From a virus (lineage: Duplodnaviria; Caudoviricetes): a DNA stretch of 42,419 bases. Where the stretch lies: positions 1 to 42,419 of IMG/VR virus record IMGVR_UViG_3300048855_000213; one strand, 5' to 3'. Made by a program: the position numbers and the translations under genes. Below are positions 17,426 to 25,722 of the stretch, in pieces. Position 1 is the first letter of the stretch; each line of letters starts with the position of its first letter. Under the pieces are notes generated by a model, which searched no databases, had not been told where the DNA came from, and saw only the letters and a program-made list of their open reading frames with translations.

Positions 17426-18993
17426 CAGAAATAGTCCACCCGCATGGGCTCGCCCGTCGCGGGGATGGCGTTCATTTTGGTGATCTGCATTTCACCGCCG
17501 GCCCAGGCATTCGGGTCAGGCTGCAGCCCTGCTTCGGGCGCCATCAGTGTGGCCGCCATCATCACATAGGGCTCCTCGGCTGCGGTCGGGATGTCGGTCA
17601 GCAGCCAGCGCGTCTTGCGGCGCGAGGCCAGATTGGCGTGCACAGCGCGCACCTTCTCGGCCGCAAGTGCCACACCCAGAGGGCCTGCCAGCAGGAGCCG
17701 GCGCGCCGCAGTCATGGCCGCATCCACAGAGGCGGGATCGAACTTGCCGCCGTAAACCGGGGCCAGCCGCGCCACGACAATGCCAACGATACCGTCCGCG
17801 TAGGCCGATGGGGTCTGGTCAATAGACCAGTTGGCCAAGCCCGCCGCCACGAGGGACGCATGCGCCCTCTCAACCTCTTCTTCGGCCTGCACCTGCGCCC
17901 GCCGCCCCTGCACAGAGGTGCGGATGCGCGCTAGGGCGGCGCTGTAGAGGTCCGGCGCTTCCGGCCTGCCCAGCATCGGCCCCAGCATGGCTGCCGCCGC
18001 CGCAATCATGTCATTAGCGACCGAGTGCGGGGTCGCATCGACGGTCCAGTCAGCGACGCCCATATCGGCCAGCGCGTCATGCACAGACCGCAGGGCATTC
18101 TGTGCCTCGGCCTGCCCCCTGGCGCCCAGCATCATCGCCATCAGGATGCGCTGCTCTGCGGCAGCGGGGTCGAGCTTGATGTCGGCGCTGTAGATCGGCG
18201 CTAGGTGGGCAGCCACCAGAACGGCGAGGTCCCCGGCAACGGCAGCAGGGATCACGTCCAGGGGCCAGTCAGCGATGCCACGGCGAGCCAGGGAGCCGTG
18301 CACCTCGGCAACCTTCGCCTCAGCCAAGGCCTGCCCACGGCCTCCCGTCAGCGCGGTGGCATGGGCCTCCTGCAGGGCGGAGGCGTAATTCTCCCGGGTC
18401 GAGGTGCGGCCGAACGCCTGGGCTGCCAGGTTGGCCGCAAGGATCTCGTAGATCTGCGCCATGTAGCGCGGAACCTCGTCCGGGCCCCATGTGGCGATGC
18501 CGGCCGCCACGAGCCGCTGGTGCACATCACCAACCGTCTGTACCGCAGACGCCTGAGCGGCAGCCGATGGCGCCTCGCTCTCATCAATCACGCCTAGCCG
18601 CATCAGGGTACGCGTTGCGAGCGCGGAGGCAGCAACCGTGCCTGTGACGGTGCCAGGGCCGGCCGGGTTCACACCAACGATGCGCAGCGCGCGTGCGGCC
18701 ACCTCGGCGGCAGTCACAGCGCCAGAAGTGGTTGGGGTCTGGGAGGCAGGAACGGGCATCACGCCGAGATGGCGCAGGACGCCCGCTCCCATGTCCGCCA
18801 GCGTCCTGCTGCCCGAGCCAGAAGCCCGGTCAGCAGTATCCACGACCGTGACGCCAAGGCGCCGCAGAGCTTGGGAAGCCATGCGCGCCTTGGTCGTCGT
18901 GGCAGTCGAGGTGGGGCGGTCAGAGCCCGCGACCAGGGACAGCCCCAGCCGACGCAGAACACGCTGTGCGAGGGCGTCCACGGTCACGGGCAT
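17425..18993 (-). CDS. P22 gp4-like head-tail connector, five-fold nested repeat
   Basis: Five LRRLGV-type helices followed by five VH..L...G...W....P units; C-terminal DYF; position after the capsid genes. Confidence 0.7.
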   Translation of the reverse strand: MPVTVDALAQRVLRRLGLSLVAGSDRPTSTATTTKARMASQALRRLGVTVVDTADRASGSGSRTLADMGAGVLRHLGVMPVPASQTPTTSGAVTAAEVAARALRIVGVNPAGPGTVTGTVAASALATRTLMRLGVIDESEAPSAAAQASAVQTVGDVHQRLVAAGIATWGPDEVPRYMAQIYEILAANLAAQAFGRTSTRENYASALQEAHATALTGGRGQALAEAKVAEVHGSLARRGIADWPLDVIPAAVAGDLAVLVAAHLAPIYSADIKLDPAAAEQRILMAMMLGARGQAEAQNALRSVHDALADMGVADWTVDATPHSVANDMIAAAAAMLGPMLGRPEAPDLYSAALARIRTSVQGRRAQVQAEEEVERAHASLVAAGLANWSIDQTPSAYADGIVGIVVARLAPVYGGKFDPASVDAAMTAARRLLLAGPLGVALAAEKVRAVHANLASRRKTRWLLTDIPTAAEEPYVMMAATLMAPEAGLQPDPNAWAGGEMQITKMNAIPATGEPMRVDYF

Positions 18994-18997
18994 CGGG

Positions 18998-19339
18998 TCA
19001 GCCCTTCTTGGCTCGGGGAACGGTCTTGGCGGTGTCGGGCGGCTCCTGCTCCTCCACCTTTACGCGCGTGGTGCCTTCCTCGGCCGGCACTTCGCCGTCC
19101 GCCTTGCCCTCGGTGGTCACCACCACGTCGGGCGCAGGCTTGCCGGTCAGCGTGGAGCCGTCCGGGGTGCTGCCATCGGCAACGGTCCCGTCCGCCTCCA
19201 GCGCCTTCTTCACGAGGGTGTTGTCCTCGATGTCGCCGCCCATGCCGCCACGCGCGGCCATCTGGGCTTCACCCGTCAGGCGGACCTGCGCGCCCCGGCT
19301 GGGGAAACGCGGGCCTTCCACCTTCACTTCATCGGCCAT
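18998..19339 (-). CDS. 113-aa capsid-adjacent protein (stand-alone RGAQVRL module; possible decoration/cement protein)
   Basis: AAGGAG RBS directly after the capsid stop; RGAQVRLTGEAQ..ARG...ADGSTPDGSTLTG; charged disordered tail. Confidence 0.75.
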   Translation of the reverse strand: MADEVKVEGPRFPSRGAQVRLTGEAQMAARGGMGGDIEDNTLVKKALEADGTVADGSTPDGSTLTGKPAPDVVVTTEGKADGEVPAEEGTTRVKVEEQEPPDTAKTVPRAKKG

Positions 19340-19350
19340 GGTCGTTCTCC

Positions 19351-20478
19351 TTACGCATCCGCCACGGAAGCGGCGAAGATGGTGAAGATGCCCGCGTCCA
19401 CCGGAGCCGTGGTGTCGTTCACGGGGTCGCGGCCGAAGCGCAGCTTGTCGATGCCGCGCATCTCCTGGATGCCCACTCCGTGCATGAAGCCGTAGTCGCG
19501 GGTGTTGGTCGTGGACTTCATGCGCTGCGCCCAGGCGACGCCGAGAGCCTGTGCACCGCACAGGAAGCCCGGGGCCACGTCGATGCCAGCTGCGCCGGCG
19601 CCGGCCAGCTTGCCCAGCTCGGGGATCTCGCGAACGATCATCTGATCCCAGAGCAGATCGCCGCCACGGAACAGCGGGTTATCCTTGCCGCGCTCCATGG
19701 CGTCACGGTTGGCCTGCATGACCACCGGGTCGTTGCGGAAGTCGCGGAACTGATCACTGTTGAGGAAGACGGTGTACCATTCCTCATCGTCATTGACCGT
19801 AATCGGGCGAATGCGCGGGTTCGCGTTCTTCGCCAGACGCTTGGCCAGCGACAGTAGGTAGGCGTTCATCTTGCCGCCGGCGGTGCCGGAAGCCGGATAG
19901 GTGTTCGTGATCTTCGCCAGATCGGTGGACACCACGCCGCTGTAGTTGCTCTTGGACGAGCCATAGAGGATGCGGTCCTGGTTGTTCACGGACCACGTGT
20001 TCCGCTGGCCGGCAGTCGCGGCAGCGAAGGGCACCGAGACGTTGCCGTCCGCCGTGATGTTGGAGAACGCCGTGATGATGTCGGCGCGCATCTTCTCCAG
20101 CTCCCACACCATGAGAGCGTCGCGCGCGGCGTCGCGGAGGTCGATAACCGACTTCTGCTCGTCCCAGTCCGAGACGGCGACCGCGTGGCGGATCACGCTC
20201 ACCGGCAGCGTCATGGAGCGGGCGTTCAGCAGTTCCTCGTTGCCTTCGAGGATCTGGTTTCCGGTGACACCAGCGCCCACCAGACGGCGGACAGCGGCGA
20301 AAGTCACGCGGTCGCCAGCCTTGCGGGTCAGGTCTTCCTTGACCTGGATCATGGAGGAAATGGAAGTCCCCATGTACCGGGCGAACTGGTTCTTGCGGAC
20401 GTACTCGGTGAAAAAGCGATCGTCCCAGATCTGCGGCGTAAGCCCTGCACGGGCCGCCGTGATATTCATATCCGCCAC
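19351..20478 (-). CDS. Major capsid protein (N4-gp56/DUF4043-like)
   Basis: IQVKEDLTRKAGDRVTF, LEGNEE, NPLFRGG, FLCGAQAL and DYGF motifs; AGGAG RBS with GTG start. Confidence 0.9.
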   Translation of the reverse strand: MADMNITAARAGLTPQIWDDRFFTEYVRKNQFARYMGTSISSMIQVKEDLTRKAGDRVTFAAVRRLVGAGVTGNQILEGNEELLNARSMTLPVSVIRHAVAVSDWDEQKSVIDLRDAARDALMVWELEKMRADIITAFSNITADGNVSVPFAAATAGQRNTWSVNNQDRILYGSSKSNYSGVVSTDLAKITNTYPASGTAGGKMNAYLLSLAKRLAKNANPRIRPITVNDDEEWYTVFLNSDQFRDFRNDPVVMQANRDAMERGKDNPLFRGGDLLWDQMIVREIPELGKLAGAGAAGIDVAPGFLCGAQALGVAWAQRMKSTTNTRDYGFMHGVGIQEMRGIDKLRFGRDPVNDTTAPVDAGIFTIFAASVADA

Positions 20479-20521
20479 CGGATATACTCCTGATTTCGTT
20501 GAGGTGTGATTGTTCAGATCA

Positions 20522-20598
20522 CGCCCGAAGCCCGGCGGCGGCCTGGTCCCAGTATCGTCGGAACCCCACGAAATCGCCCGTTATCCTCGGCGGCAGGA
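20522..20598 (-). ncRNA. Tandem pair of putative cis-regulatory pseudoknot motifs in the capsid leader
   Basis: UCCU-GCCGCCG-AGGA-UAA-CGGGCG (20575-20598) and AGGCC-GCCGCCG-GGCUU-CGGGCG (20522-20544). Confidence 0.6.
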
Positions 20599-20607
20599 AT
20601 ATACCGT

Positions 20608-20636
20608 TCGACGTACTCTTTGCCCGCTGGTATGCT
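20608..20636 (+). promoter_or_regulatory. Putative sigma70 promoter of the HNH gene (leaderless)
   Basis: TCGACG-17 nt-TATGCT with extended TG, 6 nt before ATG 20643. Confidence 0.55.
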
Positions 20637-20642
20637 GCGCGA

Positions 20643-21173
20643 ATGGCAAAGAGCAAAATCCAACACATCACCGCAGAGCGGCTTCGCGAAGTGCTGGACT
20701 ATGACCCCAACACGGGGGCCTTCCGTTGGCGCTACCGCCCCGAGAGGGAGCAGCGCTGGAACTCCAGGTTCGCTGGCAAGGACGCTGGCCATCCCTGCAA
20801 GAGGCTGGGATACGTCCTGCTCAACATCGAAGGGCGCCTATGCCGAGCGCACCGCTTGGCGTGGCTGTTCATGACCGGCTCATGGCCGACCGTTGAGATT
20901 GACCATGCCGATGGTGATGGTCTCAACAACCGCTGGAAGAACCTTCGTCTCGCCACGCGAAGCGAGAACAACAGCAACACGCGACTGCCTCGCCACAACA
21001 CCAGCGGGCTAAAGGGCGCTTACTTCGACAAGCGCACTGGCCGTTGGCTGGCTCAGATCAGGCACCAGAAGCAGCAGATCTACCTCGGCAAGTTCGATAC
21101 CGCCGAAGAAGCGCACGCAGCCTACTGCGAAGCGGCAGCGCGCCATCACGGTGCCTTCGCCCGCACCGCCTAG
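20643..21173 (+). CDS. HNH homing endonuclease with AP2 domain
   Basis: LDYDPNTGAF, AHRLAW, IDHADGDGLNNRWKNLR, NTSGLKG and YLGKFDTAEEAH motifs. Confidence 0.92.
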   Translation: MAKSKIQHITAERLREVLDYDPNTGAFRWRYRPEREQRWNSRFAGKDAGHPCKRLGYVLLNIEGRLCRAHRLAWLFMTGSWPTVEIDHADGDGLNNRWKNLRLATRSENNSNTRLPRHNTSGLKGAYFDKRTGRWLAQIRHQKQQIYLGKFDTAEEAHAAYCEAAARHHGAFARTA

Positions 21174-21964
21174 CGCGGGAACAATTCAGTCAGCGGCACA
21201 GGTCCGGAGTAGGCGGGAGCACCGCGAGGGGCGGCGCTGCGGGCGGTGGCAAGGCTCGGCTGCAAGTTCGGCACTCGCGGCGCGGGGGCAGAAAGCGGAG
21301 CCTCCTGCTGCGGAGCGGACTTGGCGGCCAGTTCGGCCTCGATCTCGGCCCGGATCTTGGCGCGGAAGGCTGCGGGGTCGTCGCCGATCTCACGCTGCAC
21401 GCGGATCGCCTCGACCTGCTTCATCATCCACGCATAGGGATGCGGTTGGCTGTAGAGCTTGGTGCGCAGGCTGGGGTCTGCTTCCGCTGCCTGCTGGAAT
21501 TCCTTCACGGCGGCTTCGACCTGGGCGTCGCCGTGCTTCTCGCGCGCCTGCATCTCCGAGATGTTCAGGCGCTCGTTGATCATCAGTTCCTGCACGCGGG
21601 CGTGGTAGCCGGCGGGGTCTTCGGCAGGGTTGATCCACTGCGGCGCGGCGGGGGCCTGCTGCTGTGGCTGCGGCGCCTGCTGAGCGCGCTTCGACACCTC
21701 CTCGAACTGCCGGCGGAGTTCGGCAAGCTCGCCTTCGAGACGCGCCGCGCGCTCCTTGTGGTCCTTCCGCTGCGCCTGGAGAACGGCCAGAGGCACCGTG
21801 CGGCCATCAGCGGAGGCCGGCTCAGCGTCTTCGGGCTCGGGGGGGACTTCGGGTTCTGGCTGGGCGGGTGCTGCTTCAACAACGGGCTCGGGAGCCTGCT
21901 CAACAGGCGCGGCTTCCGGCTCCGACTTCCCGTTCAGGAAGCCGTCCAGTTCGTTCTCAGCCAT
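21170..21964 (-). CDS. Scaffolding protein
   Basis: Acidic Pro-rich N-terminus, TVPLAVLQ.., coiled coil, C-terminal PSLATAR; position between portal and capsid. Confidence 0.8.
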   Translation of the reverse strand: MAENELDGFLNGKSEPEAAPVEQAPEPVVEAAPAQPEPEVPPEPEDAEPASADGRTVPLAVLQAQRKDHKERAARLEGELAELRRQFEEVSKRAQQAPQPQQQAPAAPQWINPAEDPAGYHARVQELMINERLNISEMQAREKHGDAQVEAAVKEFQQAAEADPSLRTKLYSQPHPYAWMMKQVEAIRVQREIGDDPAAFRAKIRAEIEAELAAKSAPQQEAPLSAPAPRVPNLQPSLATARSAAPRGAPAYSGPVPLTELFPR

Positions 21965-22118
21965 TGGCAGGGGCCTCCGTCTCGGGAGACGGGGCGCCAT
22001 TCACGATGTACCGGAACAGCATCTCTGAGATCTCGATAACGCTGTCGGGCTGCACGAAGTGACGCGCAACAAGTTCGACCAGCGAATGCCGCAGCATCCG
22101 GGCTTCTTCTTCGCTCAT
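21957..22118 (-). CDS. 53-aa hypothetical protein
   Basis: GAGG RBS; overlaps the scaffold start by 8 nt. Confidence 0.55.
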   Translation of the reverse strand: MSEEEARMLRHSLVELVARHFVQPDSVIEISEMLFRYIVNGAPSPETEAPANG

Positions 22119-22130
22119 CTTGTCCTCAAT

Positions 22131-22183
22131 CGCCCGGTTACGGCCCGGCGGCAGCCATGCGCCCGTTGAGGTCGGCGGCACCT
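22131..22183 (-). ncRNA. Tandem pair of putative cis-regulatory pseudoknot motifs after the portal gene
   Basis: AGGU-GCCGCCG-ACCU-CAA-CGGGCG (22160-22183) and AUGGCU-GCCGCCG-GGCCGU-AAC-CGGGCG (22131-22158). Confidence 0.6.
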
Positions 22184-22194
22184 ATGAGGGAGGC

Positions 22195-24189
22195 TTAGAG
22201 CCCGCCCTGATCCTGTTGCTTAGGCTGAATGCCTGGTCCATCAATCGGCAGCACCGGGCTTTCGGCAGCCTGCTTGTGGACCTGCGCAATCTTCGCCACG
22301 GCCCCATGCATGCGTTCGGCTGCTAGAGCCTCGTCCGCGCTCGCCTTGGCATTCGCGCCCCGGATTTCCGCCTGCTGCTGGGCCTGCATGATCGGAGCCT
22401 GCTGCTGGGCCTGCTGAGCGGCGGCCTTCTCGGCCTCGTTCAGCACCTTCAGAAGGTCCGCCTTGTCCTTGAGATTGCTGGATTTAATCAGGGTTTTCCA
22501 GGCCGGCATCTGAAGCGGCGGCGGCAGGGCCGGCACCATCTGCGACAGGGCGTTGAACTGCTCTGCCTGAAGCGCCGGCACGTCGGCGCCTTCCTCGATG
22601 ACGATATCCACTTCCAGGTTGTGGATCTCGTTCTCGACGCGCACAACCTGGTTGAGCCGGGGATCGCCGGGCACAAGCTGCATCTGCTGCATCATCGCCG
22701 CGCGCTCGGGCTCCGGCTTTGACATCAGGTCCTCAACCAGCGTGATCGGCCGGTTGAGCGGCAGCCACTTGGTCGTGCCCTCGTCATCCGTGATGCGGAG
22801 AAACTTCTCTTCCCGCCAGAACTGACGAGCAGCCATCCACGCCATCTCGCAGACGCGGCGCTTCCACTGGCGCAGGGCATCGGCCAGGGGCTCATTCGCC
22901 GCAGCGCCGCCGGCCTGCTGGGCGATGATGGCCCGGCCCGACTGGTCGCGCGGGTCCGTACCGCTCATCGCCGCGTTCGGCCCCTTGGCCTGCATCTCGG
23001 CGGTGGCATGCTCCAGCATCTGCATCTGGCCCATGGCCAAATCGCCGCCGGGCAGGATCTCGAAGCGGAAGCCGTGGTTCACCTCGATGAAGCCGTCTGG
23101 CCTAGCGACTTCTTCCCGTGCCTTCTGGGCGTTATCGACCGCGCCCTGCTCCGCGATGGTGCGGTTGACGGAGAGTAGATGCAGGGCCTTGGAGCGCCGC
23201 TTGTTGATCTCGTCTTGAAGGCCCAGCAGACCCGAGACCATGCCGTAGCGGCGGTTCTCGCGGTCGATATAGGCGCTCATGAGGACCAGAGGGCAGGCAG
23301 AGCGGCCCTTGCGATCTAGGAACGGGCTCTGCTGCGGCTCGGCCAGGAAGCCAGCCCGGGAGATCGTCGCCAACCACCACGTGCCAGCCTCAAGCCAGTA
23401 GACCTGCACGATGCGGCACCGCTGGCGCTTCGTGTCCTGCCAGGCGATCTGTCCTGGGCGGTCGTCATAGGTGCCACTTTGCGGCGCGAAGGTGTCCGTG
23501 AGCACATCGCCGGCGCCAGGATACATCTCTTCAAGCTGGTCCCGGTCCATCCACAGCACGACGCCGAGATAGCGGGCATCGCCGAAGTCGCGCGCGCGGG
23601 CATGCGGATCACGCCAAAGGCGATCCCAGGGCACGCGGGTGACAGTGATGTTCACGCCCCCCTGCCCGTCGTCCTCAATGCCCAGCTCAGCGCCGCCGAA
23701 GCCTTCCACGAGCATATCCTCGTAGACTTCGCTGGTGACGATGGGGAGGTTGTTCTCGTCAGCAATGAAGCGCAGCGCCTGGGTTGCGGCCTCGGCGCGG
23801 TCTTCCTCAGTGGGCGTGCGAGGGTAAGCCTTAGGGTCAGTGCGCGCCTTGCGCTCCAGCCCGCACAGCAGAGCCACCTTGTCAGAGATCTTGTTGACGA
23901 CGATGGGGGCCTGTCCACGCTTCTCTAGCTTCTTGACCTCGGCTTCGGTCCACTGCCGGTTATCGTAATAATCCCGGCATTTCTCCGAAGCCTCACGCTC
24001 TCCTGTCGTGGCACGCTCGGCCTGCTCGAACCAGTCGACGAGCTTGCTGTGAAGCTGTCCCAGGTCGCCCGTGTAGGCATCAGGCCCCGCGTCTAGCCCA
24101 TTCACCGGCCGGCCGAGTTCCGCAGCCTCGATGGGGGAACCAAGCGCCTCGCGGGCAAGGAAGTCCTGGAGCGCCGATCCGTCAGCCAA
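22195..24189 (-). CDS. Portal protein (P22-like)
   Basis: DYYDNRQWT..E...LEKRGQ, DPKAYPRTP, QDEINKRRSKALH, SGRAIIAQQAGG; Gln-rich C-terminus; TTG start with RBS. Confidence 0.9.
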   Translation of the reverse strand: MADGSALQDFLAREALGSPIEAAELGRPVNGLDAGPDAYTGDLGQLHSKLVDWFEQAERATTGEREASEKCRDYYDNRQWTEAEVKKLEKRGQAPIVVNKISDKVALLCGLERKARTDPKAYPRTPTEEDRAEAATQALRFIADENNLPIVTSEVYEDMLVEGFGGAELGIEDDGQGGVNITVTRVPWDRLWRDPHARARDFGDARYLGVVLWMDRDQLEEMYPGAGDVLTDTFAPQSGTYDDRPGQIAWQDTKRQRCRIVQVYWLEAGTWWLATISRAGFLAEPQQSPFLDRKGRSACPLVLMSAYIDRENRRYGMVSGLLGLQDEINKRRSKALHLLSVNRTIAEQGAVDNAQKAREEVARPDGFIEVNHGFRFEILPGGDLAMGQMQMLEHATAEMQAKGPNAAMSGTDPRDQSGRAIIAQQAGGAAANEPLADALRQWKRRVCEMAWMAARQFWREEKFLRITDDEGTTKWLPLNRPITLVEDLMSKPEPERAAMMQQMQLVPGDPRLNQVVRVENEIHNLEVDIVIEEGADVPALQAEQFNALSQMVPALPPPLQMPAWKTLIKSSNLKDKADLLKVLNEAEKAAAQQAQQQAPIMQAQQQAEIRGANAKASADEALAAERMHGAVAKIAQVHKQAAESPVLPIDGPGIQPKQQDQGGL

Positions 24190-24207
24190 GGTGCGCTCCC
24201 TTCCTGT

Positions 24208-25722
24208 TCATGCTGTCCGCCAGTTGTCTGCGTCTTCAGTGTCGCCGAAGGCTCGGTCCCAACTGTCTCGGGGTGGCGGTGGAGCCTTCTGCTCCTGACC
24301 GCCCACCATCTTGTCCAGAAGCTGCCCCACGAGGCCCAGAGCATCGACCTGATCGTCGTGCTTGCCCGCAGGAAAGCTCATCATCTCGGCCTCAAGATCG
24401 GCCCGCCACGGCGCCTCGGCCGGGATATACAGACCGTCCAGCGCCAACCGGCCTCGGATCGACTGCGCCCGCACTGACTTATCGCCACGGGTCGGAAACT
24501 GCGTCCGGGCCACGTAGGCCTGCCGCTGCCGCATCCGCTGCTCCAAGAACGGACCAACACCGGCCTTGATCTGGCCGGTTTCCTCAGCCCATCCAATCGG
24601 GCGCCACTGCTTCACGAGGTCGCACATCGCCTCAACCCAGCGGTCGGAGGACGACTGCGAGCGCCACAGGTCCAGCAGCCACAGCCGGCGGTCAGGATCG
24701 ACGCCAATGACGACGTGAACCGTGTAGTCGCCATCGTCCTGCGTGACCGCGTAGTCCGAGGCGCCATAAACCCGCATCGTTTCGCGCGGCGGCAGCTTCG
24801 CCACAGGCCGCAGCCATTCACGGCGGAAATAATCACCGCTCTCGGGCGCCGGCCGCTGCTGGTAGAGCGCATTCTTTGTCCGAGGCAGGATGCGGGGCCA
24901 CCGCTCCTTCAGGTCGCGGGCGTATCCGTATCCGTCGTCATCCCAGAGCCATTCGCCCGGCTTGCGTCCCAGCGCATCGTCTGCGCTCTCGGCCACCATG
25001 GGCAGGCTGACCACCGTCCAGGCATCCGGCTCATGGGCCAGAAGGCGCCCGGCCAGGTCGTCCTCATGCCAGCGCGTCTGCACCAGAATGACCGATGCGC
25101 CAGGCTTCAAGCGGGTCTGGAGGTCGTCCTGATACCAGGACCACACCTTCTCCCGCCGCGTCTCGCTGTCGGCTTCCTCGCGGCCCTTGATAGGGTCGTC
25201 GATGACCGCCAAGTCGGCGCGCATACCGGTGATCGTGCCGCCCGCGCCGGCCGCTCGATACTGGCCGCCGTTGGTCGTAGTCCACAGATCCTCGGCTTCC
25301 CGGTCCAGGCCATAGCCCAGAAGGTCGCTGTGCTCCCTCACCCGCCCGCGCACCCGGCGCGAGAAACTGGCGGCAAGGTCGGCCGTATTGCTGGCCGTGA
25401 TGATGTTGCGGTCTCGGCCCTGTGCCAGATACCAAGCCGGGAACAGGTCAGAAGCGTATGTGCTCTTGGCGCTGCCGGGCGGCATGAACACCATCAGGCG
25501 CCGCGTCTCGCCCCGGGCTACAGCCTCAAGGTGGCGGATGAGCAGCAGATGGTGGCGCGCTGGCGTCTGACCCCGTGGAGCCAGGGCATAGGAACACCAC
25601 TCAGTTAAGCTGGTCTCGATCCGGCGTCGGGCCTGTTCCTTCAATGCCTCCGCCAAGGAAGGCGGCAAGTTCAGCCCGCACAACCTCGTCAAGCTGGGCA
25701 TCGGTAAGGGAGCGGACGTCAA
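24208..25722 (-). CDS. terL: Terminase large subunit (start uncertain; TTG with GGAGG inside terS)
   Basis: Walker A MPPGSAKS, Walker B AVIDDP, QTRWHEDDLAG, nuclease SDYA and HDDQVDA. Confidence 0.95.
   Translation of the reverse strand: MTSAPLPMPSLTRLCGLNLPPSLAEALKEQARRRIETSLTEWCSYALAPRGQTPARHHLLLIRHLEAVARGETRRLMVFMPPGSAKSTYASDLFPAWYLAQGRDRNIITASNTADLAASFSRRVRGRVREHSDLLGYGLDREAEDLWTTTNGGQYRAAGAGGTITGMRADLAVIDDPIKGREEADSETRREKVWSWYQDDLQTRLKPGASVILVQTRWHEDDLAGRLLAHEPDAWTVVSLPMVAESADDALGRKPGEWLWDDDGYGYARDLKERWPRILPRTKNALYQQRPAPESGDYFRREWLRPVAKLPPRETMRVYGASDYAVTQDDGDYTVHVVIGVDPDRRLWLLDLWRSQSSSDRWVEAMCDLVKQWRPIGWAEETGQIKAGVGPFLEQRMRQRQAYVARTQFPTRGDKSVRAQSIRGRLALDGLYIPAEAPWRADLEAEMMSFPAGKHDDQVDALGLVGQLLDKMVGGQEQKAPPPPRDSWDRAFGDTEDADNWRTA

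Noticed and set aside
19340-19561. Upstream extension of the capsid-adjacent ORF as a possible capsid frameshift fusion
   Set aside because: There is a strong RBS and ATG at 19339 and no obvious slippery sequence at the capsid 3' end; not excluded experimentally.
25601-25722. TerS/TerL overlap as a programmed frameshift
   Set aside because: A TTG at 25722 with GGAGG 6 nt upstream explains independent initiation; no slippery heptamer seen.
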